The notes under the pieces were generated by a model that did not search any database, was not told the DNA's origin, and saw only the letters and a list, made by a program, of their open reading frames with translations. Positions 38,281 through 49,792 of a stretch of DNA of 64,000 nucleotides are shown one piece after another. A program made the position numbers and the translations under genes. Numbering within the stretch: the first letter of the stretch is position 1; the number at the start of each line of letters is the position of its first letter. Source of the DNA: an uncultured Actinomycetes bacterium (GTDB lineage Bacteria; Actinomycetota; UBA4738; JACQTL01); the NCBI GenBank assembly GCA_963772375.1, contig CAVYXG010000001.1, positions 856,086-920,085 on the forward strand. Direction: 5' to 3'.

Positions 38281-39621
38281 ATGGCCGGCCAGATGAGCGA
38301 CGCCCCGGAGACCCACTATGTCGCTGTGGGCGACGCCGACGTGGCGTATCAGACGGTCGGCGAGGGACCGGTTGACCTGTTGTTCTGCTATGGACTGGGC
38401 AGCCACGTTGACTTCATGTGGCAGATTCCTAGCGTCGCCGCGTTTCTGAACCGCTTAGCGTCAGGTTTCAGGCTCATCGTGTTCGACCGCCGAGGTACCG
38501 GTGCGTCTGATGGTGTTCCCCGTAACGCGGTTCCCACGTTGGAGGATTGGACCGAGGACATCGCGGCGGTGCTTGACGCAACGGGCTCCCGTCGGGCCGC
38601 CATCTTCGCCACTCTCGACACGGGTCCGATTGCGCTCCTGTACTCGGCGATGCATCCCGAGCGGGTGACTGGACTCGCGTTATTGAACACGAGCGCTCGG
38701 TTCATCGAGGCGGAGGACTACCCGATCGGCTTCACGCAAGAAGCCGCGGACGAGTTGGTGCAGAGCTTTGCGGCGGTGTGGGGAACACCCGAACTCATCG
38801 CGCTTGCTAATCCGAGCGCGGATCCGGAGTTCGTACAGTTCACTGCGCCGGTAATGCGCGCTTCGGCCACGCCTCGCAGCGCAGCCGCCCAATACCGCAA
38901 CGTCCTTGGAAACGATGTCCGTCAAGCGCTGCCGCTCATTCGGGTGCCCACGCTGGTTCTCAACGTCAAGGACCAACCGCTCGTCTCGATCGCCCAGGGT
39001 CGTTACCTTGCCGACCACATCGACGGAGCAACCTTCGTTGAACTGCCGGGTAGCGACCTTTCCTTTACTCCTGCCAATCTTGTGATCGCTGATGAGATTG
39101 CCGAGTTCCTGACCGGCGAACGGCCCGTGGTCGAGGTCGAGCGCATCCTCACCACCGTCCTGTTCACCGACATTGTCGGCTCGACAGAACGTGCAGGGTC
39201 TCTGGGAGATCAACGATGGCGCACCCTCCTCGATGCGCACGACAGGGCGGTGCGGGAACAGCTTCGTCGCTTCCGCGGTCGCGAGATCAACACCACCGGA
39301 GACGGATTTGTCGCTTCGTTCGACGGTCCAGCTCGGGCCATCCAGAGCGCTAAAGCGATCATCGAAGCCACGGGACGACTTGGAATCGAACTCCGAGCCG
39401 GACTGCACACCGGTGAATGCGAAGTCCGCGGCGACGACCTTGCCGGACTCGCGGTCCACATCGCCGCGCGGGTCGGCGCACTTGCGACATCCGGGGAAGT
39501 CCTCGTCTCTGTGACGGTCAAGGATCTGGTCGTTGGCTCCGGGATCGACTTCATTGATCGTGGGGAACACCACCTCAAAGGCGTCCCCGGCACCGTGAGA
39601 CTTTTCGCGGTCGACGGCTGA
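38281..39621 (+). CDS. alpha/beta-hydrolase-fold plus class III nucleotide cyclase fusion (LipJ-like architecture)
   Basis: N-terminal alpha/beta hydrolase fold with a non-canonical elbow (ATLDTGP). C-terminal CHD (VLFTDIVGST...TTGDGFVASF...GLHTGE). Confidence 0.8.
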   Translation: MAGQMSDAPETHYVAVGDADVAYQTVGEGPVDLLFCYGLGSHVDFMWQIPSVAAFLNRLASGFRLIVFDRRGTGASDGVPRNAVPTLEDWTEDIAAVLDATGSRRAAIFATLDTGPIALLYSAMHPERVTGLALLNTSARFIEAEDYPIGFTQEAADELVQSFAAVWGTPELIALANPSADPEFVQFTAPVMRASATPRSAAAQYRNVLGNDVRQALPLIRVPTLVLNVKDQPLVSIAQGRYLADHIDGATFVELPGSDLSFTPANLVIADEIAEFLTGERPVVEVERILTTVLFTDIVGSTERAGSLGDQRWRTLLDAHDRAVREQLRRFRGREINTTGDGFVASFDGPARAIQSAKAIIEATGRLGIELRAGLHTGECEVRGDDLAGLAVHIAARVGALATSGEVLVSVTVKDLVVGSGIDFIDRGEHHLKGVPGTVRLFAVDG

Positions 39622-39738
39622 AGGCGGGTTCGGCTCAGGACCCTTGAACACCCCGTTCGGACCGGTGTTGATGTAGGAGTCGACGAGGCGCTCCAGCTGG
39701 TCTCACCTGTTCCAGAAATCAGCGTGGCCGATGTACCC

Positions 39739-39781
39739 GGTGGGGGATCCCCCCTCTCGCACCCTCTTGAGCTGCGGATCT
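39739..39781 (+). repeat. degenerate tRNA-Leu 3'-end copy (T-loop deleted)
   Basis: GTGGGGGATCCCCCCTCTCGCACCCTCTTGAGCTGCGGATC matches the T-stem/acceptor/flank of the repeat family with an internal deletion. Confidence 0.5.
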
Positions 39782-40358
39782 CGCCCTGACGATCCTCGAC
39801 AAGGCCCGTCGACGACGAGCCACTCGGGGCGACAGACCCACACCTCGGTGAGCTTCCCATCGTGGACATACGAGACGACCGCCACGTTCGATTCGAGGGT
39901 CCGCCCCCCCGCGGGTTCGCTTCTGAGGCCGCAGCCACCCACCGCACATGCACCTGGGCCATGACCTCCCGGCCGCCGGGACAGGCCGGGCCAGGCTTGC
40001 CCTTGCCTCGGCCCGTGGTGCCGGCATTGGAGAACCGCTCCGTCCACACGCAGCAGGTCCACCACTTCGGGTGGGCATTGTGCATGAGGTCGAGGCACAT
40101 CCAGGCCACCACCTCGCGGGCCTCCGGCACCGGCTCGCCCTGACACCGGAAGTGGAGGGGCCGGGACCGCACGGAGTCCGGCGAAGGCGAGCCAGGTCAG
40201 CACGGCTGGCGGATGGCACCGATGCGCTGGTCAGAGCACGAATCGGAGTCTGGCGCCTTGAGGTATCGTACTTGTCCTTCACAGGGGGGCGGGGGTCTGT
40301 CCCCTTGGCACGTTCGGGAGGAGGTCGCCCATGGCGCCCTTCAGGAGGGAGGTCGCTC

Positions 40359-43106
40359 ATGGCACGTCGTATCGGATCCAGAGCCGGCGCACGGCTCCGG
40401 CGGGTCATGTGGCTGACCGCAGCACTGTCGCTCACGGTTCCGGCCGCTTTGCTAATCGGCCCGTCGAGCGCGATCGCGGAGGACTGCTCCTCGGGCGCGC
40501 ACTCGCTCTCGCCGCCCGGATCGCGGGTGTACCCCGAGATGGGCAACGGCGGCTACACGAGCGTCCACAGCGACGTCTACATCAACTACGACGCGATCGC
40601 GAACCTGTTCCTGCCCGGCACCCATGCCGACCTGGGGGTCACGTCGACCCAGTGCCTGACGGACCTCAGCTTCGACTTCGAGCGGACGAACGGCTCCACG
40701 GGCGGCACCGGGCCGAACTTCACCGTCAACTCCGTCGAGGTCAACGGTCAGCCGGCGACGTTCGCGTTCGTCCAGCCGACGTACCCGGGTGACCCGAACG
40801 GCGACAACGACCCGGACCCGGCCGCCCACGCGGTGTCGAACGTCAACCCGGTCAGCGCGACCAACCCCAACCCGCCCGCCTGCTCGCCCCAGACGAGCGG
40901 GAACACGCAGAACGGGACGCAATGCCCGGCGAACAAGCTCGTCGTGACGCCGGCCGCCCCGATCCCGAACGGCGCGTCCTTCGTGGTGACGGTCGACTAC
41001 ACGGGCCGGCCCGGGGTCCACGTGGACGGTGACGGCTCGACGGAGGGATGGTTCCGAATCTCTACCGCGGGCCAGGAGGGCTCGTTCGTCACGACCGAGC
41101 CCGTCGGCACCGACTCGTGGATGCCGCTGAACAACTTCCCGACGGCCAAGCCGACGTACGACTTCTACGACACGACCAACATCGGCAAGACGGCCATCGG
41201 CCCCGGCGAGCTCGTCGGCTACACGGCGCCGGTCGGAACCACGTACCAGGCCGTCCCGGCGCCGGCGAGCAACCCGCCGGACGCGAACTTCCCGGCCGGG
41301 TCGGTGACGTGGCACTGGCACTCCCCCGAGGGGATCGCCAACTACCTCGTCGAGAACTCGATCGGCCAGTACGACCTCTCTGCCCGCACAAGCCCGACGA
41401 GCGGCATCCAGTACTGGGAGGCCCAGGCGAACTCCATCACCGCGGCGCGCAAAGCGGTCAACAAGACCGCGATGGACAACCAAGAGGACATCACGACCTT
41501 CCAGAGCATGTTCAACGGGCCGTTCCCGCTCACGACCGATGGGGTCGTCGTGGGCACCCCGTCCGCCAGCTTCGAGGAGGAGATGCAGGGCAAGATCACC
41601 TTCGCCGGCGGACAGATCGGCGGCTCGACGGGAACCTCGCTCGGCACGTTTAACCACGAGAACATGCACCAGTGGTTCGGTGACAACGTCGCCGAGGACC
41701 AGTTCCGCGACACCTTCTGGAAAGAGGGCTGGGCCACCGTCGGTGAGTACCTGACGACGGCTCGGTCGGCCGCGACCACCGCCGGCGGGCTCAACACTCT
41801 GGCCGGCCAAGTCGCGTTCGACAACAGCCTGATCAACCGGTTCAACACGAACTACGGCTCGGGGAGCGGCTCCGCGTGGACGGGCGCGCCCTCGAACCCC
41901 TCCGTGACGAACCTGTTCAGCACGCAGAACACCTACACGCGGCCTGGAACCGCGTACCTGGCGCTTCGGCAGATCCTCGACGCGTCGATGACGCGGCCGG
42001 CGAGCGACCGCTGGATCGCGACGATGCAGAACATCCAGTCGACCTACGGCGGCGGCAACATCACCGAGCCGCAGCTCGAGGCCGCGTTCTTCCACTTCCT
42101 GCCGAACCAGAGCGCGGGGTGCAGCACCAAGCTCGACCAGTTCTTCACGCAGTGGTTCGACACGGCGTTCCCGGCGCCGAACAACTCGACGAACAAGCCC
42201 CAGATCACCGGGCCCGGCATCAACGCGGCCAACGGGGACCACTTCTACGACGACGCGAGCGCCTGTACGCGGGCCACCCAGACGATCACGTTCGGGTCGA
42301 TCGCCGACCGTACCTACGGCGACCCGGACTTCACCGTGAGCGCGTCCTCGGACTCGGGACTGCCCGTATCGTTCTCCGCGGCGGGGAACTGCACGATGGC
42401 CGACGCGACCACCGTCCACATCACGGGCGCCGGCTCGTGCACGGTGACGGCGTCCCAGGCGGGCGACGGCGTGTTCAAGCCGGCCTCGGTCGACCGGTCG
42501 TTCTCGATAGCCAAGGCCCCGACGACCACGTCCGTCGTCTCGTCGGTCAACCCCGCCAACAAGGGCCAGTCGGTGACCTACACGGCCACGGTCGAGGCGA
42601 CGCCGCCCTCTCTGGTCCCGCCGGGCACCGTGACGTTCAACGACAACGGCTCGGCCATCGGGTCGTGCACCGGCGTCGCGCTGAGCGCGGGCCAGGCCGT
42701 GTGCACGGTGAGCTACGCGAACACCGGCAACCACGCGATCACGGTCACGTACGGGACCACGACCGACTTCCTCGGCTCCACCTCCCCGGTGCTCGGGGAG
42801 ACGGTGGCCAAGTGCGGGTCGTCGCTGGCGGCCTGCAACCTGAACGGCGCCGACCTCCGGAACGCCGACCTGCACGGCGCCAACCTCCACGACGCGAACA
42901 TGAACAACGCGAACCTGTCCGGTGCCGATCTCGCGGGAGCGAACCTGCACAACGCGAACCTGAAGGGGGCCGACCTGTCGGGTGCGGACCTGACCGGTGC
43001 GAATCTCTCGGGGGCCAACCTCAACAAGGTCACGTGGTCCGACACCACCTGTCCAGACGGCACGAACAGCGACGCGGATGGGGGGACCTGCGTCCACAAC
43101 CTGTGA
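40359..43106 (+). CDS. secreted M1-like (gluzincin) zinc metallopeptidase with Ig-like domains and C-terminal pentapeptide repeats
   Basis: Signal peptide [45 protein letters not shown]-x18-E motif. Ig-like repeats ([20 protein letters not shown]... / [16 protein letters not shown]...). Pentapeptide run [70 protein letters not shown]. Confidence 0.8.
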   Translation: MARRIGSRAGARLRRVMWLTAALSLTVPAALLIGPSSAIAEDCSSGAHSLSPPGSRVYPEMGNGGYTSVHSDVYINYDAIANLFLPGTHADLGVTSTQCLTDLSFDFERTNGSTGGTGPNFTVNSVEVNGQPATFAFVQPTYPGDPNGDNDPDPAAHAVSNVNPVSATNPNPPACSPQTSGNTQNGTQCPANKLVVTPAAPIPNGASFVVTVDYTGRPGVHVDGDGSTEGWFRISTAGQEGSFVTTEPVGTDSWMPLNNFPTAKPTYDFYDTTNIGKTAIGPGELVGYTAPVGTTYQAVPAPASNPPDANFPAGSVTWHWHSPEGIANYLVENSIGQYDLSARTSPTSGIQYWEAQANSITAARKAVNKTAMDNQEDITTFQSMFNGPFPLTTDGVVVGTPSASFEEEMQGKITFAGGQIGGSTGTSLGTFNHENMHQWFGDNVAEDQFRDTFWKEGWATVGEYLTTARSAATTAGGLNTLAGQVAFDNSLINRFNTNYGSGSGSAWTGAPSNPSVTNLFSTQNTYTRPGTAYLALRQILDASMTRPASDRWIATMQNIQSTYGGGNITEPQLEAAFFHFLPNQSAGCSTKLDQFFTQWFDTAFPAPNNSTNKPQITGPGINAANGDHFYDDASACTRATQTITFGSIADRTYGDPDFTVSASSDSGLPVSFSAAGNCTMADATTVHITGAGSCTVTASQAGDGVFKPASVDRSFSIAKAPTTTSVVSSVNPANKGQSVTYTATVEATPPSLVPPGTVTFNDNGSAIGSCTGVALSAGQAVCTVSYANTGNHAITVTYGTTTDFLGSTSPVLGETVAKCGSSLAACNLNGADLRNADLHGANLHDANMNNANLSGADLAGANLHNANLKGADLSGADLTGANLSGANLNKVTWSDTTCPDGTNSDADGGTCVHNL

Positions 43107-43265
43107 GGAGGGCGCAAGGGGTCCTGTCGTGTGCGGGGGCTCGCGTGCACTCGACCGTGGTAACCGCGCTAGGCTGGGGCGCCTCTCTAGTGTCCTGAGT
43201 CAGAAGTTCACAGGATGTTCACGAGGATGTCCCCAGGCATGGCTCGCGTCGTGCCAGGATGCGGT

Positions 43266-43772
43266 ATGGCCCGAGGACGACCGCTCCAGGAGCTCGCGGT
43301 GAGCGAGGAGGACCGGCAGGTGCTGGAGCGGTTCACCCGCCGGACCACCACGTCGCAGGCCCTTGCCCTGCGATCGAGGATCGTCCTGCGATCGGCCGAG
43401 GGCGCCACCAACCGGGAGGTGGCCCGGCAACTGGAGGTGACGCCCCAGACCGTCGGGAAGTGGCGGGCCCGCTACATCGAACGAGGCGTCGAGGGCCTCC
43501 TGGACGAGCCCCGGCCCGGGGCCCCCCGGAAGGTCACCGACGACAAGGTGGAGGAGGTCGTGGTCAAGACCCTCGAGTCCAAGCCGACCGACTCCACCCA
43601 CTGGTCCTCAAGGGACATGGCCAAGCGAGTGGGGCTGTCGCAGTCCACCGTGGCCCGGATCTGGCGGGCGTTCGGACTGCAGCCGTGGCGGAGCGAGTCC
43701 TGGAAGCTCTCCACCGACCCCCAGTTCGCTGCACCGATGGGCAACCGACGAGCCAACCCGTCGGTTCGATGA
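43266..43772 (+). mobile_element. IS630-family transposase N-terminal fragment (copy A)
   Basis: HTH/winged-helix region LQELAVSEEDRQVLERF...NREVARQLEVTPQTVGKWRARY...STVARIWRAFGL. No DDE domain follows. Confidence 0.6.
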
Positions 43773-43785
43773 CCTGTACAACCTC

Positions 43786-45220
43786 GTGTACGACCCGGCG
43801 TTCCTAGTGGTGGCATGGCGCCGGGTCCGTGGCAACAAGGGCGCCCGCACGGCCAGGGGTGGACGGGCAGACCGCCCGATCCATCGAGGCCGGACGGGGC
43901 GTGGAGGCGTTCTTGGACGATCTGCGGGCCGACGTCAAGGCCCGTACGTTCACCCCACTCCCCGTGCGGGAGCGGACCATCCCCAAGCCAGGAGGAACGA
44001 AGGTGAGAAGGCTGGGGATTCCCACGGTCCGCGACCGCGTCGTCCAGGCGGCCCTCAAGCTGGTGCTCGAGCCCATCTTCGAGGCGAGCTTTCAGCCGTG
44101 TTCGTACGGCTTCCGTCCGAAGCGCCGGGCCCAGGACGCCATCGCCGAGGTGCACTTCTTCGCCTCTCGTACCTACGAGTGGACGGTAGAAGGCGACATC
44201 GAGGCGTGCTTCGACCAGCTGTCGCACTCCGGCATCATGGACCGGCTGCGGCGGCAGATCGGAGACAAGCGGGTCCTGGTCCTGGTGAAGGCGTTCTTGA
44301 AGGCCGGCATCCTCAACGAGGGTGGGGCCGACGAGCACCCGATCACCGGCACGCCCCAAGGGGGCATCCTCTCACCGCTGCTCGCCAACATCGCCCTGTC
44401 CGTCCTCGACGATCACTTCGTCGAGGCGTGGGAGGAGGCGATGTCCACCGAGTACGCACGCCACAAGCGGCGCCGACAGGGACTGGCCAACTACCGCCTG
44501 GTCCGCTTCGCGGACGATTTCGTGGTGCTGGTGTCCGGGACCAGGGAGCACGCGGAGGCGTTGCGTGAGGAGGTGGCGACGGTGCTCGCGCCGATGGGAC
44601 TGCACCTGTCGGCGGAGAAGACGAGGATCAGCCACATCGACGAGGGGTTCGACTTCCTGGGCTTTCGCATCCGGCGGGAGCTCAAGAGGGGGACGGCGAA
44701 GCGCCACGTCTACACCTACCCTTCGAAGTCCGCGCTCGCGGCGGTCAAGGCGAAGGTGCGGGCGCTGACCCGACAGGCATGGAACCAACCGCTCAGCACC
44801 CTGATCCGCCGGTTGAACCCGGCGCTTCGGGGGTGGACCAACTACTTCCGGCACGGGGTGTCGAAGGCGACGTTCAGCTACCTCCGGTCCTTCGTCTGGT
44901 ACCGGGTGATCCGCTGGCTTCGCCGCAAGCACCCTCGGGCCTCATGGAAGGAACTGCGGCGGCGATACCTCGATCGGTGGTGGCCGCGGCACGGCGAGAA
45001 GGAGCTGTTCAACCCCGGCGCGGCGGTCGTCAGCAGATACCGCTACCGGGGGAACCGCATCCCCTCGCCGTGGTCGGAGCGGACCGGGCTGACGGCGGGG
45101 TAGTCACCGGCATGGATCGTGGAGAGCCGGATGCGTGGAGACGCGCACGTCCGGTTCGGAGGTGCGGGTCGGGGAAACGGGCTGATCGAAAGACGGCACC
45201 GCGCCCCGGCCCGACCCTAC
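43786..45220 (+). mobile_element. group II intron remnant: RT/maturase ORF (N-terminal frameshift) plus domains V-VI; 5' domains I-III missing
   Basis: RT motifs (RRLGIPTVRDRVVQ, FVRFADDFVV, maturase/X domain). Frame change near 43855 between the AWRRVRGNKGA and VDGQTA segments. Domain V GAGCCGGATGCGTGGAGACGCGCACGTCCGGTTC at 45123-45156. Intron ends ...CTAC at about 45220. Confidence 0.7.
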
Positions 45221-45802
45221 TCGTCGGCGGAGATCACGAACTCCCCAGCGTGCAGGCGCCTTCCCTTCCACCGCCGCTCGTACAGGTCGAGCGCCCGGGC
45301 GGCCTTGGGCTCGAAGTCGGGATCGCGGGGGAAGATCCAGCTCCTGAAGGTCCACGGCCGGATGGCGTCCTGCGACAGCCACCGCCAGATGGTCGAGTCC
45401 GACACGCTCGCCACGATCCCCCGGCGCAGGACCTCGGAGCGGATGTCGGGGACGTGCAGGCGGGAACGTGGGACGCCGAGCTCCGTCGGGAGCTGGCAGG
45501 CCAGTGCTTTGACCTCAACGACCACCAGAGGGGGAAAACGAGCTGGGTCTTCCCCGGCGGGGCCGTTCATCCAGTCCGGCAAGCCCCTCCTCGAGGAAGC
45601 GCTTGCGCCACTTCCACACGAGTTCGCGAGGAGTGTCGAGGCGGTGGGCGATCTCCTCGACTGGGACGTCATCGGCCGCCATGAGCACGATCTTCGCTCG
45701 GATCACATCTCGATACGGTAACGAGTACTTCCGGGCCCGTGCCTCCAGGACAGCCCGGTCCAGTGGGCCCAGACGCACGGTCAGTGGGCTCGTTCGCGAC
45801 AC
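45217..45802 (-). mobile_element. IS630-family transposase fragment (copy B), truncated at the group II intron junction
   Basis: N-terminal HTH (95-aa ORF) and, after a frameshift, the middle part ending ...GEFVISADE exactly where the intron 3' end abuts. Confidence 0.6.
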
Positions 45803-45879
45803 GGCATCCCCCTTCGTCGGAGGATACCGTACTTCAGAAGGGCGTCAGAATCACGTTAGTGTAATTCTGACGGCATGTA

Positions 45880-45952
45880 CTTAGGATCCGGTGCCCGAAA
45901 GGGCGTGGGGGTTCGACTCCCCCCTCTCGCACCCCTTCTGACCTGCGGATCT
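45880..45952 (+). repeat. direct repeat of the tRNA-Leu(TAG) 3' half (copy 4) with extended downstream homology to copy 1
   Basis: Perfect 53-nt core. A further roughly 90 bp downstream (45998-46087) is about 85% identical to 26181-26277, including ATGGGCTTCTTGCTCACGCCTGCTCAC. Confidence 0.85.
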
Positions 45953-46518
45953 TCGGTCAGAGCGGTCTCGGATGTGGCCCGGGAGAAGACGCGAGATGGG
46001 CTTCTTGCTCACGCCTGCTCACGATCGCTCGGTTCGAATGAGGATGATCGAGGCGTCGGCAGGGCCCCATGGCCACGTCCAACTCTGTCCTCGTTAGCGA
46101 AGAGCGCTTCGATACGGGCTCCCATGTCGGGGAGGCTGCCATGGCTGGCCTGGACACTCAGCTGAAGCCAGTCCGCTGAAGCCTGCCGCGGAGAAGGGCT
46201 CGTCGCCCCCGGGGACCTGGACTGCGATCAGCGTTGGGAGGCGACTCCCGCGGGGAGGTGCGGGGGCGGAGGGTCAGTCTTTGTCAGCTGCCCAGACGGG
46301 GTTCTGACTTGAGCGCCCATGACGCCCCCCTCTACACGTCTCGGGCTGTCTGGTTACGGCTCCTGCCGGATGATCCTGGCGAGCCGTTCCGCGTCGACGG
46401 GCCCCGCGAGCCAGGTCAAGGGCCACGGGGGACGCCCCATGGACGGCCACGAGATCTCCCCGCTGCTGGCCAGCGGTGGTCCCCATCCGCGGCCACGAGA
46501 AGTCCCCACTTGTCTTGC

Positions 46519-47296
46519 TCAGCCCAGGGGCACCACTCCCTTGCCTGACGTGGCCTCCGCGAAGCGGAAGCTCTTCTCGCCCTCGGTCACGACGACATGG
46601 GCATGGTGGAGCAGCCGGTCGACGGTCGCCGTGGCGAGCGTCTTCGGCATGAGCTCGTCGAAGCCCGCCGGGTGGAGGTTCGAGGACACGGCCACCGAGC
46701 GCCGCTCGTAGGCCGCGTCGATGAGCCGGTAGAACGCCTCCGCGGCCTCCGCCCCCACCGGGAGCATCCCGATGTCGTCGACCACGATGAGATCGGCCCG
46801 GCAGATCCGGGCGATGGCCCTCGCCACCGAGTCGTCGGCGCGGTGGCGTCGGATGATCGCTCCGAGCGTCTCGAGGGAGAACCAGCTCACCCGGAGCCCC
46901 CGCTCCACCGCGGCGCTGCCGAGCGCCTCGAGGAAGTGCGACTTCCCGGTTCCCGACGGACCGCACAGCGCCAGGTTCTCCCGGCGCTGCACCCACTCGA
47001 GCGTCCGCAGGGCGTGCTGGGTGGGACGGGGGATCGAGGAGGCCTGCTCGTCCCACGCCTCGAAGGTCTTGCCGGAGGGAAACCCGGCGCTCCGACGTCG
47101 GTTGGCCATCATGGCCCGATCCCGTCCCGCCACCTCCTCGGCCAGCAGGACCCGCAAGGCTTCGGCCGGGTCCCACCGCTGGGCCTTGGCCGTGGCGAGG
47201 ACGTCGCGGGCCGCCGAGCGCAGGTACGGCAGGCGCAGACGGCGGAGGTGGGCGTCGACCTCGTCGAGGGGAGAGGGATCGATGCTCGAACTCATC
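46519..47296 (-). CDS. istB: IS21-family transposition helper ATPase IstB
   Basis: MSSSIDPSPL... Walker A GPSGTGKSH, DDIG Walker B. 258 aa. Confidence 0.85.
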
Positions 47297-48776
47297 GTCC
47301 GAACCCCTCCCACGCGGTGGTCCCCCGTTGCAGGCTGTGGGCCTCCGTGGCCTGCGAAGTCGGTCCATCCGCCGATGTGTCGTGAGCGAGGATCGCTGCG
47401 AGGTCTCCGTCGGCGAACCGCCCGCACGTCGCGGCGGTCCCCAGGGCTCGGTCGAGCGCCTCCGGCCCGTACAGCTTCGAGAGCTCGAGGGCCTCGGCCA
47501 TCTTGGAGCGGATGCGCGCGGCGCCGACCGATGCCGCCTCGATGAGCCACTGCGTCGCGCCGTTCCCCAGGGCGAGGAACGCCTGCTCCTCGGGCGTGCG
47601 AGCTCGGGGGACCCTGGCCAGGGGCCCGGAGGGCCGCTGCGGGTAATGCGCGTCGTCGATCATGGGTCGGCCCGGCGTCGATCGGCGGTGGCGGGCCACC
47701 TCCCGTGCTCCGGCAGAGGGGTCGACCGAGACCACCACCACCTGGTCCCCCTCGGTGCGGACCCACACCCGGCGGCCGATGAGCGAGTACGGCACCGAGT
47801 ACAGGACGCTGTGGAACGACACCACGGAGTTCGACGCGACCGTGCGGGTCTGCCCGAACGCGGTGGTGTACGCCTCGCCGGGGACAGGATGCAGGCGCCG
47901 TCGCTCCTCGGCCAGCAGCTCCGCCGGCGGACGGCCCGTGGCCCGGTGGGGCCGGGCGTTGACCCGTTCGCAGAACGCCTCGCACGCTGCCCGGAGCTCT
48001 TCGAAGGAGCGGTACGCCGGCAGCAGGTTCGCCTCGGTGGGGACGAGGTCGGCCTTGGCGATGCGCACCGTTGCCTCCGAGCCGCCCTTGGACTCGGGGT
48101 CGGCGGGGACGCACGTCGCGATGGTCAGGCCGTAGTGCCGGGCCGCGGCCACGATCTCGGGATGGCGAACGGGGATGCGGGCGATGTGGGTGGTGGTCAC
48201 GGTCTTCTCGTTGTCGGTGAGGCCGTACGTCGGGACGCCCCCGAACGCCCGAAGGGTCCGGTCGATCCCCGCGACCACGGTGGGGAGCGTCTTGTCCAGG
48301 ATCGGGAACACGACGCGGTAGCGGCTCCACGCCAGCCAGGCGCAGAACAACTGCGTGGGGCCCTCGGGGACCTCCGGCCCGGTGCCGTAGTCCCACTGGA
48401 ACCACATCCCGGGCTCGGGGATCCACGGGCGGTACACCCGCAGCCGTCCCTCGCGGAAGCGCTGCCTGGCCCCGGCCACGGCCCGCCTGGTCGTCCGCTC
48501 CGAGCCCTCGTAGCCGAGCGCGATGAGCTTCTCGTGGCAGCGGTCGGCGCGGATCTTGCCGTGGGAGCGCTCCACCCACTCCTCGATCTTCGGCAGGAGT
48601 GGATCGATGAGCTTCGGACGGTCGATCCCCGAGGATGGCGACCGCCCCCCGTCCCGGAGCGCGACGTAGCGCTCGACGGTGTGATGGTCGACCCCCGCGA
48701 GCTCCGCCGCGGCGCGGTAGGAGCCAGTCAGGTCGAAGGCCTCCAGCATGTCCATGATCTCCTCGTCAGACTTCAT
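47292..48776 (-). CDS. istA: IS21-family transposase IstA
   Basis: 494 aa. HTH N-terminus. DDE region (WFQWDYG...TDNEKT). Confidence 0.85.
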   Translation of the reverse strand: MKSDEEIMDMLEAFDLTGSYRAAAELAGVDHHTVERYVALRDGGRSPSSGIDRPKLIDPLLPKIEEWVERSHGKIRADRCHEKLIALGYEGSERTTRRAVAGARQRFREGRLRVYRPWIPEPGMWFQWDYGTGPEVPEGPTQLFCAWLAWSRYRVVFPILDKTLPTVVAGIDRTLRAFGGVPTYGLTDNEKTVTTTHIARIPVRHPEIVAAARHYGLTIATCVPADPESKGGSEATVRIAKADLVPTEANLLPAYRSFEELRAACEAFCERVNARPHRATGRPPAELLAEERRRLHPVPGEAYTTAFGQTRTVASNSVVSFHSVLYSVPYSLIGRRVWVRTEGDQVVVVSVDPSAGAREVARHRRSTPGRPMIDDAHYPQRPSGPLARVPRARTPEEQAFLALGNGATQWLIEAASVGAARIRSKMAEALELSKLYGPEALDRALGTAATCGRFADGDLAAILAHDTSADGPTSQATEAHSLQRGTTAWEGFGR

Positions 48777-49792
48777 CTGCCTCCCTCTCCAGGGGCCGAC
48801 TGCGGACTTGGACGTGCGCAGTCAAACCCGGGGAGGGAGGTCCTCCTGGGAGCAGGAAACGGTCAGTTGACGTCAGGCCGGGGAGATGTCCCGGCCGCGG
48901 GTGGGGAATCCTGGTGGCCGCCAGTGGGGAGTTCCGTGGCCGCCGGTGGGGAGCTTTTCACGGCCGCCGACAACTCCCGCCGCCACCCGCCAGCAGGTGC
49001 TCGAAGGACACGTTCCCGTCCGGATGCCGGACGAGCCGGAACCAGGCGGGGATCTCCGTCTTCAACTCCTGACCCGCCATCAATGCGGGGCCGATCTCAT
49101 CGGAGTCCCGGGGCAGCGTCACGCCGTCGCCCCGCCACGGCGGCGGCTCAGAATCCATCTCCCCTCCTCCCACCGACGGGCATGGACGCGAACGTGACGC
49201 CGTTGCACGGTTCCGACGGCACGGCCGATGCGCCTCACGTCGCACTCCAGATGCTGAACCCGCCCTCGGCCGACCTCAGGTTGTTCGTGCCGACGACGGC
49301 CCGGATTCCGAGATAGCGAAGGGCCCGTCCGAAGACCGGCCCTTCATGTCAGGTCTCGTTGCCCTACGAACCTTGCGGCCCGCCGGTCACCGCGTCCCGA
49401 CAGGTGCGGACGATAGCGGGCCACCGCTTCCCCGGGCAAGCTCAGGACCTGTTCTTGTCCCTCTTTCTTCTCATCCCCGTACATGAGCCAGATTCAGGCA
49501 GTTCACGAATCGGAGGTCGGGAGGTGGACGCCAACATGTCCGACTACGATCCGCCGCTGTTCCTCATCGAGACACCAGTAGATGCCGGCGCACGTGGCGC
49601 CACAACCGCGAGACGTCGTTGGCCCGGCGCTAGCGGGTGAGGGAGCCTGAGCGATACGACGGCCGGGCCCGGACGCCGCCTTCTCTCCACGGCGTGAGAC
49701 ACCCGGGAGGCCCTGGGATGAGGAGTCGACTGGCCCTGAACCGCCCCGCCCGTCGGCGCTCACGCTGATCCAACGGCCGCAGGAGAACGCCC

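Larger units (their letters stand above)
46278..48960 (-). mobile_element. IS21-family insertion sequence (istA-istB) with multiple terminal repeats
   Basis: Contains the istA and istB genes. Tandem 20-bp repeats TGGCCGCC(A/G)GTGGGGAG at 48880-48965 and similar repeats near 46420-46500. Ends are approximate. Confidence 0.6.

Noticed and set aside
48958-49245. 95-aa minus-strand ORF just outside the IS21 end (MDSEPPPWRGDGVTLPRDSDEIGPALMAGQELKTEIPAWFRLVRHPDGNVSFEHL)
   Set aside because: The C-terminal half looks protein-like, but the N-terminal half overlaps the IS21 terminal repeats and is Arg-rich. It cannot be distinguished from noise without a homology search.
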